Positions 10,290 through 20,428 of a stretch of DNA of 64,000 nt are shown piece after piece. Below the pieces are notes generated by a model, which saw nothing but the letters and a program-made list of their open reading frames with translations, had not been told where the DNA came from and did not search any database. Within the stretch, counting starts at the first letter, position 1; each line of letters starts with the position of its first letter. A program made the position numbers and the translations under genes. The stretch comes from Actinomycetota bacterium (GTDB taxonomy: Bacteria > Actinomycetota > UBA4738 > HRBIN12), in the NCBI GenBank assembly GCA_035519495.1, contig DATIWE010000050.1:33150-97149 (forward strand), written 5' to 3'.

Positions 10290-11774
10290 GTGGCCATCGC
10301 GAAGGTCATCGGAACCGAGACGGAGTACGGCATCGCCGCGGTCGGCCAGCCGGACTTCAACCCGGTGCTTTCCTCCTCGTTGCTGATCTCGTCGTACGCC
10401 GGCAGCCTGCGGCGGATCCGCTGGGACTACGAGGACGAATCGCCGCTGCGCGACGCACGCGGGTTCGAGCCCGCCCCGGCCCGGGAGATCTCGGATGAGG
10501 ATCTGGGGCTCGCGAACGTGATCCTCCCCAACGGGGCTCGCTACTACGTCGATCACGCCCATCCCGAGTACTCCACACCCGAATGCCTCTCGCCGCGTAC
10601 GCTCGTGGTCCACGACAAGGCGGGGGAGCGCGTGCTGGAGCGCTCGCTCCAGGTGGTGGCCGAGGAGATGCCGTCGGCACCGGCGCTCGCGATCTACAAG
10701 AACAACTCCGACGGCAAGGGCAACTCGTACGGCACCCACGAGAACTACCTGGTGGACCGCGCCACGGCGTTCGCCGACATCGTCCGGGATCTGACGCCGT
10801 TCTTCGTGTCCCGGCAGGTGTTCACCGGCGCCGGCAAGGTGGGCCTCGAGGCCCCGTGGGACGAGCGCGGGCGTCACGCGTTCCAGCTTTCCCAGCGCGC
10901 CGACTTCTTCGAGACCGAGGTCGGACTGGAGACCACGCTGAAGCGGCCGATCATCAACACACGAGACGAGCCGCACGCGGACCCCGAGAAGTACCGGCGC
11001 CTGCACGTGATCATCGGCGACGCGAACCTCTGCGAGGTCGCCCAGTTCCTGAAGCTCGGCACGACGGCGATCGTGCTGAAGATGATCGAGGACGGCTTCC
11101 TGCCCGACTTCTCCCTCGTGAACCCGGTCTCGTCGCTGCACGACGTGTCCCGCGACGTGACCCTCAGCGTCGAGGTGCAGCTGGCCGACGGCCGGTCGAT
11201 GACGGCGCTCCAGCTCCAGTGGGAGTACCTGGAGCTGGCGCGCAAGTACGTCGATCGCGAGGACGACACGGTCGAGAACCACGAGGTCCTCGACCGCTGG
11301 GAGTCGGTGCTGCACGCGCTCACCGGCGATCCGATGACGTTGTCGGGCCAGCTCGATTGGGTGGCGAAGCTCAACGTCCTCGAGGGCTATCGCGAACGGG
11401 ACGGCCTCGCGTGGAGCGATCCCAAGCTCCGCGCCATCGACCTGCAGTACCACGACGTCCGGCGGGACCGCGGCCTCTACAACCGCCTGGAGGCGTCCGG
11501 CAAGGTCGAGCGCCTGACCACGGACGAGGAGGTCGAGCGCGCGATCATGATGCCGCCCGAGGACACGCGCGCGTACTTCCGGGGACGATGCATCGCTCGG
11601 TTCCCCGACGCGATCGCCGCGGCTTCCTGGGATTCGATCATCATGGACACCGGCCGTGAAGCGTTGCAGCGCATCCCGATGCGCGAACCCCTCCGGGGAA
11701 CCAAGGCCCACGTCGAGGAGCTCCTGGCGACCAGTGAGGACGCCGCGGCGCTCGTCGACAAGCTCTCGGGGTGA
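10290..11774 (+). CDS. dop: Pup deamidase/depupylase Dop
   Basis: GTG start. N-terminal GTETEYG, carboxylate-amine ligase fold blocks shared with the pafA paralog ([26 protein letters not shown]). Position between mpa and pup. Confidence 0.9.
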   Translation: MAIAKVIGTETEYGIAAVGQPDFNPVLSSSLLISSYAGSLRRIRWDYEDESPLRDARGFEPAPAREISDEDLGLANVILPNGARYYVDHAHPEYSTPECLSPRTLVVHDKAGERVLERSLQVVAEEMPSAPALAIYKNNSDGKGNSYGTHENYLVDRATAFADIVRDLTPFFVSRQVFTGAGKVGLEAPWDERGRHAFQLSQRADFFETEVGLETTLKRPIINTRDEPHADPEKYRRLHVIIGDANLCEVAQFLKLGTTAIVLKMIEDGFLPDFSLVNPVSSLHDVSRDVTLSVEVQLADGRSMTALQLQWEYLELARKYVDREDDTVENHEVLDRWESVLHALTGDPMTLSGQLDWVAKLNVLEGYRERDGLAWSDPKLRAIDLQYHDVRRDRGLYNRLEASGKVERLTTDEEVERAIMMPPEDTRAYFRGRCIARFPDAIAAASWDSIIMDTGREALQRIPMREPLRGTKAHVEELLATSEDAAALVDKLSG

Positions 11775-11821
11775 CGGCCGGCATCCCACGGATAGGATGG
11801 GCTCCCGGAAAGGAGCAGCAC

Positions 11822-12025
11822 GTGCCCGAGCAAGAGCAGAAGCGCGTCCAGAAGAAGGGCGGCGGTGACGCCGAGGGCGCCGAGGATGCGGGACAGGTCT
11901 CCTCCACCTCGAAGGCGAGCGAGCTCAAGGAAGAGATGGATGACATCCTCGATGAGATCGACTCGGTGCTCGAGGAGAACGCCGAGGAGTTCGTGAAGTC
12001 CTACGTCCAGAAGGGCGGGGAGTGA
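11822..12025 (+). CDS. pup: prokaryotic ubiquitin-like protein Pup, C-terminal GGE form
   Basis: AAGGAG SD then GTG 11822 gives 67 aa. Acidic helix [28 protein letters not shown] ends in Gly-Gly-Glu. Its stop overlaps the prcB GTG. Confidence 0.9.
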   Translation: MPEQEQKRVQKKGGGDAEGAEDAGQVSSTSKASELKEEMDDILDEIDSVLEENAEEFVKSYVQKGGE

Positions 12026-12816
12026 GCGACGATCTCCAGCTGCCGCTCGCCGGCACGCCCTTCGGAGCCAGTCCCAGCTTCGTGGAGCTCCTTCGCCGGG
12101 AGCGGCCGGGTTCGATGCCGTCGGAACCGACCACGCCGCTCGGAGCCCCGCACGGCACCACCGTCCTCGGGCTGAAGTTCGCCGACGGGGTCATGATGGT
12201 CGGCGACCGCCGTGCCACCGCAGGGAACCTGATCGCCGATCCGAAGATGCGCAAGGTCTTCGAGGCCGACGATTACAGCGCGATCGCGATCGCCGGGGCC
12301 GCCGGGCAGGCTGAGGAGTTGGTCAAGCTCTTCCAACTGGAGCTGGAGCACTACGAAAAGATCACCGGTGACCGGCTCTCCCTGGAAGGCAAGGCGAACC
12401 GTTTGGCCCAGATGATCCGGTCGAACTTCCCGATGGCCTTGCAGGGCCTCGTGGTGGTGCCGCTGTTCGGCGGCTACGACCTGCGTCGGAGCGAGGGTCG
12501 GATCTTCTACTACGACGCGACCGGCGGGCGGTGGGAGGAGGACGACTTCCAGACGACCGGCTCGGGCGGGCAGTCTGCGAAGAACTCCCTGAAGAAGCGA
12601 TGGCGGCCGGGGTTGTCTCGCGATGAGGCCCTCCGCGTCTCGGTCGAAGCGTTGATCGATGCGGCGGAGGACGACTCCGCGACCGGCGGCCCCGATCCGG
12701 TGCGCGGGATCTGGCCGATCGCCGTGGCCGTGACCGCCTCGGGCGCCCAGGACGTCCCCGAGGACCAGGTCGTGGCGGCCGTCGAGGCCGTGGTGCAGGA
12801 GCGGACCTCGCGATGA
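12022..12816 (+). CDS. prcB: 20S proteasome beta subunit
   Basis: Propeptide followed by the [10 protein letters not shown] processing site and catalytic Thr. GTGA overlap with pup. Confidence 0.95.
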   Translation: MSDDLQLPLAGTPFGASPSFVELLRRERPGSMPSEPTTPLGAPHGTTVLGLKFADGVMMVGDRRATAGNLIADPKMRKVFEADDYSAIAIAGAAGQAEELVKLFQLELEHYEKITGDRLSLEGKANRLAQMIRSNFPMALQGLVVVPLFGGYDLRRSEGRIFYYDATGGRWEEDDFQTTGSGGQSAKNSLKKRWRPGLSRDEALRVSVEALIDAAEDDSATGGPDPVRGIWPIAVAVTASGAQDVPEDQVVAAVEAVVQERTSR

Positions 12817-13499
12817 GCTTCATGCCGTACGTCGCCCCCGAGCAGCTCATGAAGGACCGCTCGGACTACGCGCACAAGGGCATCGCGCGCGGCCGGTCCG
12901 TGATCGGCCTCGAGTACGCGGAGGGGCTCCTGTTCATCGCCGAGAACCCGAGCGTCACCCTGCACAAGATCAGTGAGATCTACGACCGCATCGCGTTCGC
13001 GGGCGTCGGCAAGTACTCGGAGTTCGAGGAGCTGCGCATCGCGGGGATCAGGCTGGCGGATCTCCGCGGCTATCAGTACGGCCGGGAGGACGTGAAAGCC
13101 CGGGACCTGGCCAACGCGTACTCGCAGGCCCTGTCCACGATCTTCACGCAGCAGATGAAGCCCTACGAGGTCGAGGTGCTCGTCGGCGAGGTCGACGGCG
13201 AAGCGGGCGGGACCGGCATCTACCACATCCTGTTCGATGGATCGGTGTCGGACGAGCACGGCTGCGTCGCGATCGGCGGCCAGTCGGAGGATCTGATGGA
13301 GGCCCTCCGCGACCGCTACGCGGACGGATGGGACCTCCCGACGGCGATCCGGACGGCCGTGCAGGTCCTCGGCACCACGCCGGAAACGCGGGAGATCCCG
13401 GCCGACCAGATCGAGGGCGCGGTCCTGGACCGGACGAAGACGCACCGCCGGAAGTTCCGTCGGCTGGCCCCCGACGAGATCGCATCCGCACTGGCCTAG
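12813..13499 (+). CDS. prcA: 20S proteasome alpha subunit
   Basis: [29 protein letters not shown]... is a typical PrcA N-terminus. ATGA overlap with prcB. Confidence 0.95.
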   Translation: MSFMPYVAPEQLMKDRSDYAHKGIARGRSVIGLEYAEGLLFIAENPSVTLHKISEIYDRIAFAGVGKYSEFEELRIAGIRLADLRGYQYGREDVKARDLANAYSQALSTIFTQQMKPYEVEVLVGEVDGEAGGTGIYHILFDGSVSDEHGCVAIGGQSEDLMEALRDRYADGWDLPTAIRTAVQVLGTTPETREIPADQIEGAVLDRTKTHRRKFRRLAPDEIASALA

Positions 13500-13544
13500 C
13501 GCGGTTCCCGTGCGTTCGCGCGTCGCGGGCATACCCTGGGGTCG

Positions 13545-14903
13545 ATGGATCGACGGATCTTCGGCCTGGAGAACGAGTACGGCGTCACCTGCACCTTCCG
13601 CGGGCAGCGCCGGCTGAGCCCCGACGAGGTGGCCCGGTACCTGTTCCGCCGGGTCGTGCACTGGGGCCGCTCCTCGAACGTCTTCCTGGAGAACGGCGCC
13701 CGGCTGTACCTCGACGTCGGTTCGCACCCCGAGTACGCAACGCCCGAGTGCGACGCGATCCGCGAGCTGGTCGCGCACGACAAGGCGGGGGAGCGGATCT
13801 TGGAGCACCTGCTCTCCGCGGCCGAGATGCGCCTGCACGAAGAGGGCATCAGCGGCGAGGTGTACCTGTTCAAGAACAACACGGATTCGGCCGGCAACTC
13901 CTACGGCTGTCACGAGAACTACCTGGTCGCCCGCCACGGGGAGTTCGCCCGGATGGCCGACGTGCTGATCCCGTTCTTCGTGACCAGGCAGATCTGGTGC
14001 GGCGCCGGCAAGGTGCTGCACGGGCCGCGGGGAGCGCAGTTCTGTATCGCCCAACGGGCCGAGCACATCTGGGAGGGCGTTTCCAGCGCCACGACGCGCT
14101 CGCGACCGATCATCAACACCCGCGACGAGCCGCACGCCGACGCCGAGCGGTACCGGCGCCTGCATGTGATCGTCGGAGATTCGAACATGAGCGAATGGAC
14201 GACCTTCATGAAGGTCGGGATCACCGACCTCGTGCTCCGGATGGTCGAGGGCAACACCGTGATGCGCGATCTCACGCTCGAGAACCCGATCCGCGCGATC
14301 CGGGAGATCAGCCACGACACGACGTGCACCCGGAAGGTGAAGCTGGCGAACGGCCGCGAACTCTCGGCGTTGGACGTCCAGACCGAGTACTACGAGAAGA
14401 CGGCGCGGTTCGTGGAGCGGCGCGGCGTCGACGAGCCCTCCGAGGTGCTCCTCGCGGAGTGGGGCGCGGCGCTCGAGGCCCTGCGCGCTGGCGAACCCGA
14501 TCGGCTCGCTCGGAAGGTCGACTGGGTCACGAAGCGGCTGATGATCGACCGGTACATGGCGAAGCACTCGCTGCCGCTCGGCTCACCGAAGATCGCCCTC
14601 CTCGACCTGTCGTACCACGACGTCAACCGGACGCGCGGCCTCTACTACCTGTTGGAACGGGCGGGGCGGGTCGATCGTGTCGTCGGCGACGATGAGGTCA
14701 GCAAGGCGATGCGCGAGCCGCCGCAGACCACCCGGGCGAAGCTCCGCGGCGACTTCATCCGGCACGCGAAGGCCAAGCGGCGCGACTACACGGTCGACTG
14801 GGTGCACCTGAAGCTGAACGACCAGGCCCAGCGGACGGTCTTGTGCAAGGACCCGTTCCGCAGCGCCGACGACCGGGTGGAGCAGTTGATCGCGCACATG
14901 TGA
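13545..14903 (+). CDS. pafA: Pup-protein ligase PafA
   Basis: [44 protein letters not shown]. Paralogous to dop. Follows prcA. Confidence 0.95.
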   Translation: MDRRIFGLENEYGVTCTFRGQRRLSPDEVARYLFRRVVHWGRSSNVFLENGARLYLDVGSHPEYATPECDAIRELVAHDKAGERILEHLLSAAEMRLHEEGISGEVYLFKNNTDSAGNSYGCHENYLVARHGEFARMADVLIPFFVTRQIWCGAGKVLHGPRGAQFCIAQRAEHIWEGVSSATTRSRPIINTRDEPHADAERYRRLHVIVGDSNMSEWTTFMKVGITDLVLRMVEGNTVMRDLTLENPIRAIREISHDTTCTRKVKLANGRELSALDVQTEYYEKTARFVERRGVDEPSEVLLAEWGAALEALRAGEPDRLARKVDWVTKRLMIDRYMAKHSLPLGSPKIALLDLSYHDVNRTRGLYYLLERAGRVDRVVGDDEVSKAMREPPQTTRAKLRGDFIRHAKAKRRDYTVDWVHLKLNDQAQRTVLCKDPFRSADDRVEQLIAHM

Positions 14904-14956
14904 GGGGCGCGGCCGGGTGCCGGGTCGCGCCGCGGCGCGCGGCTATCATCGCCGCG

Positions 14957-15922
14957 ATGGCCGGAGACGACGGGATGGAGCCGCTCGAGCGCCTGCTCAA
15001 CCTGGTCGGGTTGCTGCTGGAGACGCCGATCCCGCTCACCTTCGAACAGATCCGCGAGACCCTCGAGGCCTACCGGTCCGACAACCTCGACTCCGCGAAA
15101 CGGAAGTTCGAGCGCGACAAGGACATCTTGCGGGAGTACGGGGTGCCGCTCGAGATGGCGCCGACCGACGCGTGGGACGTCGAGCAGGGCTACCGCATCC
15201 GGAAGGAGCGCTATTACCTCCCGGAGATCGCCTTCACGCCCGAGGAGGTGACCGCGCTGTTCGTCGCGGCCCAGGGCGCCTCGGAGGAGACCGCGGCGAC
15301 CCAGGGCGTTCGGAAGCTGCTCTACGGGGCCGACGGCGGGCTCCTCGCGGGCGACGGAGGCGGGCCACTCATCGCGGGCTCGGATGCCCGGATCGAGCGC
15401 GTGCTTGCCGCCGCCGACGCGGCGAGCGGCCACCGGCGGACCCGCTTCGGCTACCGGACCTCACAGGGCAGCGTCTCGGACCGCGAGGTCGACGCCTACG
15501 GGGTGGTGTTCCGCGGCGGTCACTGGTACCTCGTCGGCCTCGACCGGGAGCGCGACGCGATGCGCGCCTTCCGCCTGTCGCGGTTCACCACCGAGACCGA
15601 GGATCTCGGCGAGGGGAGCGGGCCACCCCAAGGATTCCGGGCGATCGACCACGTCGAGGCCGGGCCCTGGCACCCCAGCGGTGAGGACCGTGCCACGATC
15701 GCGTTCTCTCCCGCAGCCGCGGTGCTCGCCGAGGGCTCGTTCCCCGGTGCCGCTCGGACGCAGGAGCGCGACGATGGGTGGACGCTGTTCGAGATCCCCG
15801 CCGCGGACGAGCAGGCGCTCGCCGCGATGGTGCTCCAGTACGGCGCCGACGCCGAGGTGATCGCGCCGGGGCCGCTCCGCGACGAGGTGATCCGGCGGCT
15901 CGAGGCGGTGGCCGATGGCTGA
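14957..15922 (+). CDS. pafB: WYL-domain HTH transcriptional regulator PafB
   Basis: Internal ATG 14957 (MAGDDGMEPLERLLNLVGLLL... HTH). HWYLVG WYL motif. 8-nt overlap with pafC. Confidence 0.85.
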   Translation: MAGDDGMEPLERLLNLVGLLLETPIPLTFEQIRETLEAYRSDNLDSAKRKFERDKDILREYGVPLEMAPTDAWDVEQGYRIRKERYYLPEIAFTPEEVTALFVAAQGASEETAATQGVRKLLYGADGGLLAGDGGGPLIAGSDARIERVLAAADAASGHRRTRFGYRTSQGSVSDREVDAYGVVFRGGHWYLVGLDRERDAMRAFRLSRFTTETEDLGEGSGPPQGFRAIDHVEAGPWHPSGEDRATIAFSPAAAVLAEGSFPGAARTQERDDGWTLFEIPAADEQALAAMVLQYGADAEVIAPGPLRDEVIRRLEAVADG

Positions 15923-16886
15923 GGGTCGACGACGCTCCGCGACCACGGCCGAACGGCTCGGCCGGATGCTCGTGATCGTCCCGTACCTCGTGCAGCATCC
16001 GGGCACGAGCCTCGACGCGGCGTCGCGGTTGTTCGACGTGCCGGCCGTGCAGCTGCGCAAGGATCTGGACCTGCTGTTCATGTCGGGCCTACCGCCGTAC
16101 GGGCCGGGCGACCTGATCGACGTCGATGTCGACGAGGACGGATGCGTGTGGATCTCGATGGCCGACCATTTCGCGCGACCGTTGCGGCTGACGCGCCAGG
16201 AAGCGCTGGCCGTCTCCGTACGTGCAACCGAGCTGCTCGCGACGCCGGGCGTGCCGCAGGCGCCGGCGCTCGCCGGTGCGCTCGCGAAGCTCCGCGACGC
16301 GCTCGGGGCCGACACCCTCGGCGACGCGTCCGGCATCGAGGCGGCCGAGGCCGGGAGGGCGCCGGCGCACCTCGGTGTGTTGCAGGGCGCCTCGGCAGCG
16401 CACCGGCGCGTTCGCATCGACTACGCCGCGGCCAGCACCTCCGCCCGGTCGACGCGGACGATCGAGCCCGAGGCGGTCTTCGCGAGCGCCGGGCATTGGT
16501 ACGCGGTCGCGTGGGACGTGGACGCCGATGGCGAGCGGCTGTTCCGGATCGACCGGGTCGTTTCGGCGGAGCCGACCGACGAGACGTTCGAGCCACGCGG
16601 CCTCGAGGGCGCCACCCGGCCCCTCTACACGCCGGGGGAGGGCGACACGGCGGTCCGGTTGCTCCTGCGCCCGTCGGCCCGATGGGTGGCCGAGTACTAC
16701 GCGACCACCGACGTGCGGGTCCGGGACGACGGGTCGGTCGAGGCGACGTTCCCTGCGAAACAGACCGGCTGGGTCGCGCGGTTGCTCCTGCGGCTGGCGC
16801 CCGAGGCCGAGGCGATCGAGCCCCCCGAGCTCGCCGGCGAGGTTCGCGAACTCGCTCGTCAGGCACTCGAGGTCTACGGGCGCTAG
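15915..16886 (+). CDS. pafC: WYL-domain HTH transcriptional regulator PafC
   Basis: ERLGRMLVIVPYL HTH, GHWYAVAWD WYL motif. Paired with pafB downstream of pafA. Confidence 0.85.
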   Translation: MAEGRRRSATTAERLGRMLVIVPYLVQHPGTSLDAASRLFDVPAVQLRKDLDLLFMSGLPPYGPGDLIDVDVDEDGCVWISMADHFARPLRLTRQEALAVSVRATELLATPGVPQAPALAGALAKLRDALGADTLGDASGIEAAEAGRAPAHLGVLQGASAAHRRVRIDYAAASTSARSTRTIEPEAVFASAGHWYAVAWDVDADGERLFRIDRVVSAEPTDETFEPRGLEGATRPLYTPGEGDTAVRLLLRPSARWVAEYYATTDVRVRDDGSVEATFPAKQTGWVARLLLRLAPEAEAIEPPELAGEVRELARQALEVYGR

Positions 16887-16948
16887 GGGCTCCGTTCGGC
16901 CTGCGAGACGAGCCGTTCGGCGGCTCAAGCCCCTCAGGGTGGCGGCCG

Positions 16949-17326
16949 ATGCTTCGGGGTGAGATGACCACCATCCGGACGACCTGCCCTCGCTGCGGCG
17001 AGGTGGATATGGGCCCCGAAGCGATCTCGCTGTCGGTGCGCTCGAACGGGCACGAGGGCAGCTACCGATTCACGTGCCCGAACTGCGAGGACGACGTCGA
17101 GAAGCGTGCCGACCGGAAGATCCTCGCCCTGCTGGTCTCGGCCGGGGTGGATATCGATCGGCACGACGGCGAGCGGCCGTTCGCCCCGGAGCTCTTCGAC
17201 GACGAGGACCTGGAGGCCCTCGGCTCCTCGGAGCCGGCCTTCACGGTGGACGACGTCATCGAGTTCCACTACCTCCTCCAGGACGACGCGTACATCCGCG
17301 AATTCCTCGCCAGCAGCGGCGGCTGA
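16949..17326 (+). CDS. hypothetical zinc-ribbon protein with acidic C-terminal half
   Basis: CPRC...CPNC pair (TTCPRCGEV...FTCPNCEDD). GC3-rich codons. Only the last ~125 codons of the 16142..17326 ORF look real. Alternative ATG at 16964. Confidence 0.55.
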   Translation: MLRGEMTTIRTTCPRCGEVDMGPEAISLSVRSNGHEGSYRFTCPNCEDDVEKRADRKILALLVSAGVDIDRHDGERPFAPELFDDEDLEALGSSEPAFTVDDVIEFHYLLQDDAYIREFLASSGG

Positions 17327-17370
17327 AGCACGGCCGCCAACCCCGGCGCCTCACCCTGTAGCATCGCGGC

Positions 17371-17592
17371 GTGTCCACGTGGATCGGCATCTGGCTCCTG
17401 ATCGCCCTCCTTTCGACGATGGCCATCGTGATCGTCCTGATCGGCCTGGGGCGTCACGTCCAGATCGTCGGCCGGAGCGCCGCGGAGGCTCGAGACGAAC
17501 TGGCGCCGCTGGCCGAGGAGATCTCCCGCGGGGGAACGAGGGCGTCCGAGCGCGCACAGAACCTCAAGGTCCGACGTCCGGGCCCTTCGTAG
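17371..17592 (+). CDS. small single-pass membrane protein, hypothetical
   Basis: GTG start. WIGIWLLIALLSTMAIVIVLIGL helix followed by a charged helical tail. Confidence 0.45.
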   Translation: MSTWIGIWLLIALLSTMAIVIVLIGLGRHVQIVGRSAAEARDELAPLAEEISRGGTRASERAQNLKVRRPGPS

Positions 17593-17626
17593 GCCCCGGG
17601 GGTACGATGGACCCGGTCGAGGCCCC

Positions 17627-17956
17627 ATGCTGAACATCGGTCCCCAAGAGCTCATCGTGATCCTGATCATCGCCCTGCTCGTGGTCGGGCCGCAGCGGCT
17701 CCCCGAGCTCTCCCGGCAGATCGGCAAGGGACTCCGTGAGTTCCGCAAGATCCAGGACGATGTCAGGGACATGGTGAAGCTGGATCTGGACGCGCCGGAC
17801 CCGACCCCCAGCCCGGCCCGCTCGCCGACCGTTCCCGGCGTCGATCGCACACCGACGACGGACCCCGCGCTCCCGGAGGACCCCGCCACCGCGCCGCCGG
17901 CGTCGAACGGCGAGGCGGTCCGACCTCCCGACCACGCCGCCGATCAGGCGGAGTAG
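17627..17956 (+). CDS. tatA: twin-arginine translocase TatA/E-family subunit
   Basis: MLNIGPQELIVILIIALLVVGPQRLPELSRQIGKGLREFRK is the canonical TatA TM plus amphipathic helix. Confidence 0.9.
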   Translation: MLNIGPQELIVILIIALLVVGPQRLPELSRQIGKGLREFRKIQDDVRDMVKLDLDAPDPTPSPARSPTVPGVDRTPTTDPALPEDPATAPPASNGEAVRPPDHAADQAE

Positions 17957-17974
17957 TCGGGGATCGGTTCGATC

Positions 17975-18763
17975 ATGAGGGTCATCCCCCGCAGGAAGCG
18001 CTCCGAGGAGCGCCGCACCGGGACGATGACGATCGTCGAACACCTCGAGGAGCTCCGGCATCGCATCATCGTGTGCCTCTATGCGGTAGCCGCCTGTGCC
18101 GTGATCGGATGGTTCCTCTTCCCTCCGTTCATGGACTTCGTCCGGAAGCCCTTCTGCGAGTTCATCGCCGCGAACCCGGCCTCCAGGCCGCCCACCGGCT
18201 GCGACCTGGTCTACAACGGTCCGCTCGACGCGATGCTCATCAAGATGAAGGTGGTCGCGTACATCGGCGTCGTCCTCGCGTTGCCGGTGCTGCTGTACCA
18301 GCTGTGGGGCTTCATCGCGCCGGGCCTCACGGCGAAGGAGAAGAAGTACTCCGTCCCGTTCGTGGCGTCCTCGGTGGTGCTGTTCCTGTTGGGCGCCGCG
18401 TTCGCGTTCGTGACGCTCCCGAAGGCGCTGAACTTCCTGTTGGGGTTCGCTGGGCCCGGCGTCACACCGCTGCTCACGATCAACCGGTACGTCGGCTTCG
18501 TCACCTTGGTGACGCTCGCGTTCGGTGTGTCCTTCCTCTTCCCCGTCCTGATCGTCTTCCTCGAGCTGGTGGGTCTCGTGACCCCCGAATGGCTCTCGAA
18601 GTACCGCCGGTACTCGATCCTGGGGATCGCGATCTTCGCGGCGGTCATCACGCCGAGCTCCGACCCGTACTCGATGCTCGCGATGATGATCCCGATGTAC
18701 CTGTTCTACGAGGCCGCTATCATCATCGGTCGCTTCCTGAAACGACCGTCGAGGACGACGTAG
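17975..18763 (+). CDS. tatC: twin-arginine translocase subunit TatC
   Basis: HLEELRHRII motif and six hydrophobic segments. Follows tatA. Alternative ATG at 18026. Confidence 0.9.
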   Translation: MRVIPRRKRSEERRTGTMTIVEHLEELRHRIIVCLYAVAACAVIGWFLFPPFMDFVRKPFCEFIAANPASRPPTGCDLVYNGPLDAMLIKMKVVAYIGVVLALPVLLYQLWGFIAPGLTAKEKKYSVPFVASSVVLFLLGAAFAFVTLPKALNFLLGFAGPGVTPLLTINRYVGFVTLVTLAFGVSFLFPVLIVFLELVGLVTPEWLSKYRRYSILGIAIFAAVITPSSDPYSMLAMMIPMYLFYEAAIIIGRFLKRPSRTT

Positions 18764-19504
18764 ATGGCGATCAAGAGCAAGGGACGTTCGAAGTCGAAGC
18801 AGGTCGCCCGCGCGCCGCGCCGGGATCCCGTCGCGGTGCCCACACCGTTCTTCCAACGCCGGTGGGTCCAGCTCGTCGCGGTGCTCATCGTCGGGATGTT
18901 CGTCTTCATGATGGGCGTCTGGGTGACGAACGGCCTGCGCTCGACCCACCGGACGGACGCCGCGAACGCGACGAGGTCGGGGCAGAAGACGGCGATGATC
19001 GCGTGGCAGAACGCGCTCGAGCCCGCGATCTCGAAGGTCGGGCAGCTCAATGGGCCGGTCGCGCCGACGATCGCGCCGACGGTCACCGCGGCGGCAGCGA
19101 ACCTCGCGAAGGGACGACCTGCGGGCGCGAGCACGGCGGACCTCTTGGGCTCGGCGGCCGCGCTGAGGACCGCCGCTGCGACGATCGAGAAGGTCGACCT
19201 CGTCGACACGATCCGCGGGAAGGGCTTCGACCTGCATCAGACCGAGGCGCTGCTCTCGAGCCAGGTCTCCATCGTGGCAGGGCTGCGGGGCCTGGAGCAG
19301 GCGGCCCGCCTGTCGGTCCTCGCGATCAACGCCGAGGGCGCCACGAAGGACCAGCTCGCCGAGAGCGCGAAGGCCCTCGCCCACTCCTCGACGGGCTTGA
19401 TCCAGGACGGCTTCAACTCGTACCTGAACGCACTCAACGACGTGGGCCTCGTCGGTGGTGGCCAGGCCCCGGGCGGGAGCCCGCAGCTGATCCCGGGAGG
19501 CTGA
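18764..19504 (+). CDS. hypothetical single-pass membrane protein (Ala-rich extracytoplasmic domain)
   Basis: ATG abuts the tatC TAG. Basic N-terminus, TM WVQLVAVLIVGMFVFMMGVWV. GC3-rich coding frame. Confidence 0.55.
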   Translation: MAIKSKGRSKSKQVARAPRRDPVAVPTPFFQRRWVQLVAVLIVGMFVFMMGVWVTNGLRSTHRTDAANATRSGQKTAMIAWQNALEPAISKVGQLNGPVAPTIAPTVTAAAANLAKGRPAGASTADLLGSAAALRTAAATIEKVDLVDTIRGKGFDLHQTEALLSSQVSIVAGLRGLEQAARLSVLAINAEGATKDQLAESAKALAHSSTGLIQDGFNSYLNALNDVGLVGGGQAPGGSPQLIPGG

Positions 19505-19515
19505 CGGGCGCGCAC

Positions 19516-20427
19516 ATGGGCATCGGCTCCGTCGTGGTCTTGGCGAACCCCACCGCCGGCCACGGCAAGGCGGGGAAGAGGATCGGCAAGATCGACGCCC
19601 TGCTCCACGGCCTCGGCATCGCGCACGAGATCCAAGTCTCCGAGTCGGCCGAGGATCTCGAGCACCTCGCTCGGACGGCGGCGGAGGGCGGCGCAGGCGT
19701 CGTGGCGGCGCTCGGCGGCGACGGGACCGTGAACCTGGTGGCGAACGGCGTCCTCGGCACCGACGCGACGCTCGCGGTGCTGCCGACCGGCACGGGCGAC
19801 GACTTCGCGGTGTCGATCGGCGTGAAGACCCTGGAGGCGGCGGCTCGCGCGATCGCGGGTGCCAACGTCGTGCCGATCGACGTCGTGCGCGTCACCGCGG
19901 GAGCCGTCCAGCGCCATTACGTCAACATCTCGGGGTGCGGGTTCGACTCGGAGGTCAACGAGGCGGCCAACGCGATGCGGATGAAGCTCGGGGCGACCGG
20001 GACGTACATCGCCGCGCTCCTGAAGACGCTTCCGCGGTTCTCGCCCGCGGGGTTCCGCATCGAGCTGGACGACGAGGTGATCGAGGGACCGTACATGCTC
20101 GTGATCGTCGGGAACTCCATCAGCTACGGTGGCGGCATGAAGGTGACGCCGGACGCCTCGGTCGTGGACGGCGCGCTCGACGTCTGCCTGCTGTCGGCGA
20201 TGGGCACCGGGAGCTTCCTCCGCGCCTTCCCGAGGGTCTTTCGCGGCACCCACGTGACGCACCCGAAGGTCCGGATGGCTCGCGCGACACGTGTACGGGT
20301 CGAGGCCGACCGTCGCGTGATGGTGTACGCGGACGGCGAACGGGTCGGGCCGGCGCCGGCCCTCTTCGAGGTGCTGCCCGGCACGTTGCCGACGATCGTC
20401 GGCCCGAACGCGAAGGCGGTGCGCTGA
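19516..20427 (+). CDS. diacylglycerol/lipid kinase catalytic-domain protein (DAGK_cat family)
   Basis: VVVLANPTAGHGKA, ALGGDGTVNLVANG, LAVLPTGTGDDFA motifs. Confidence 0.8.
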   Translation: MGIGSVVVLANPTAGHGKAGKRIGKIDALLHGLGIAHEIQVSESAEDLEHLARTAAEGGAGVVAALGGDGTVNLVANGVLGTDATLAVLPTGTGDDFAVSIGVKTLEAAARAIAGANVVPIDVVRVTAGAVQRHYVNISGCGFDSEVNEAANAMRMKLGATGTYIAALLKTLPRFSPAGFRIELDDEVIEGPYMLVIVGNSISYGGGMKVTPDASVVDGALDVCLLSAMGTGSFLRAFPRVFRGTHVTHPKVRMARATRVRVEADRRVMVYADGERVGPAPALFEVLPGTLPTIVGPNAKAVR

Positions 20428-20428
20428 G

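Noticed and set aside
16887-16948. Direct repeat CCGTTCGGC x2 and flanking AGGGGCT/AGCCCCT arms after pafC, as a possible terminator or regulatory element.
   Set aside because: The outer stem is only 6-7 bp around a 38-nt interior, and the repeat is short. It is not distinguishable from chance in this GC-rich sequence.
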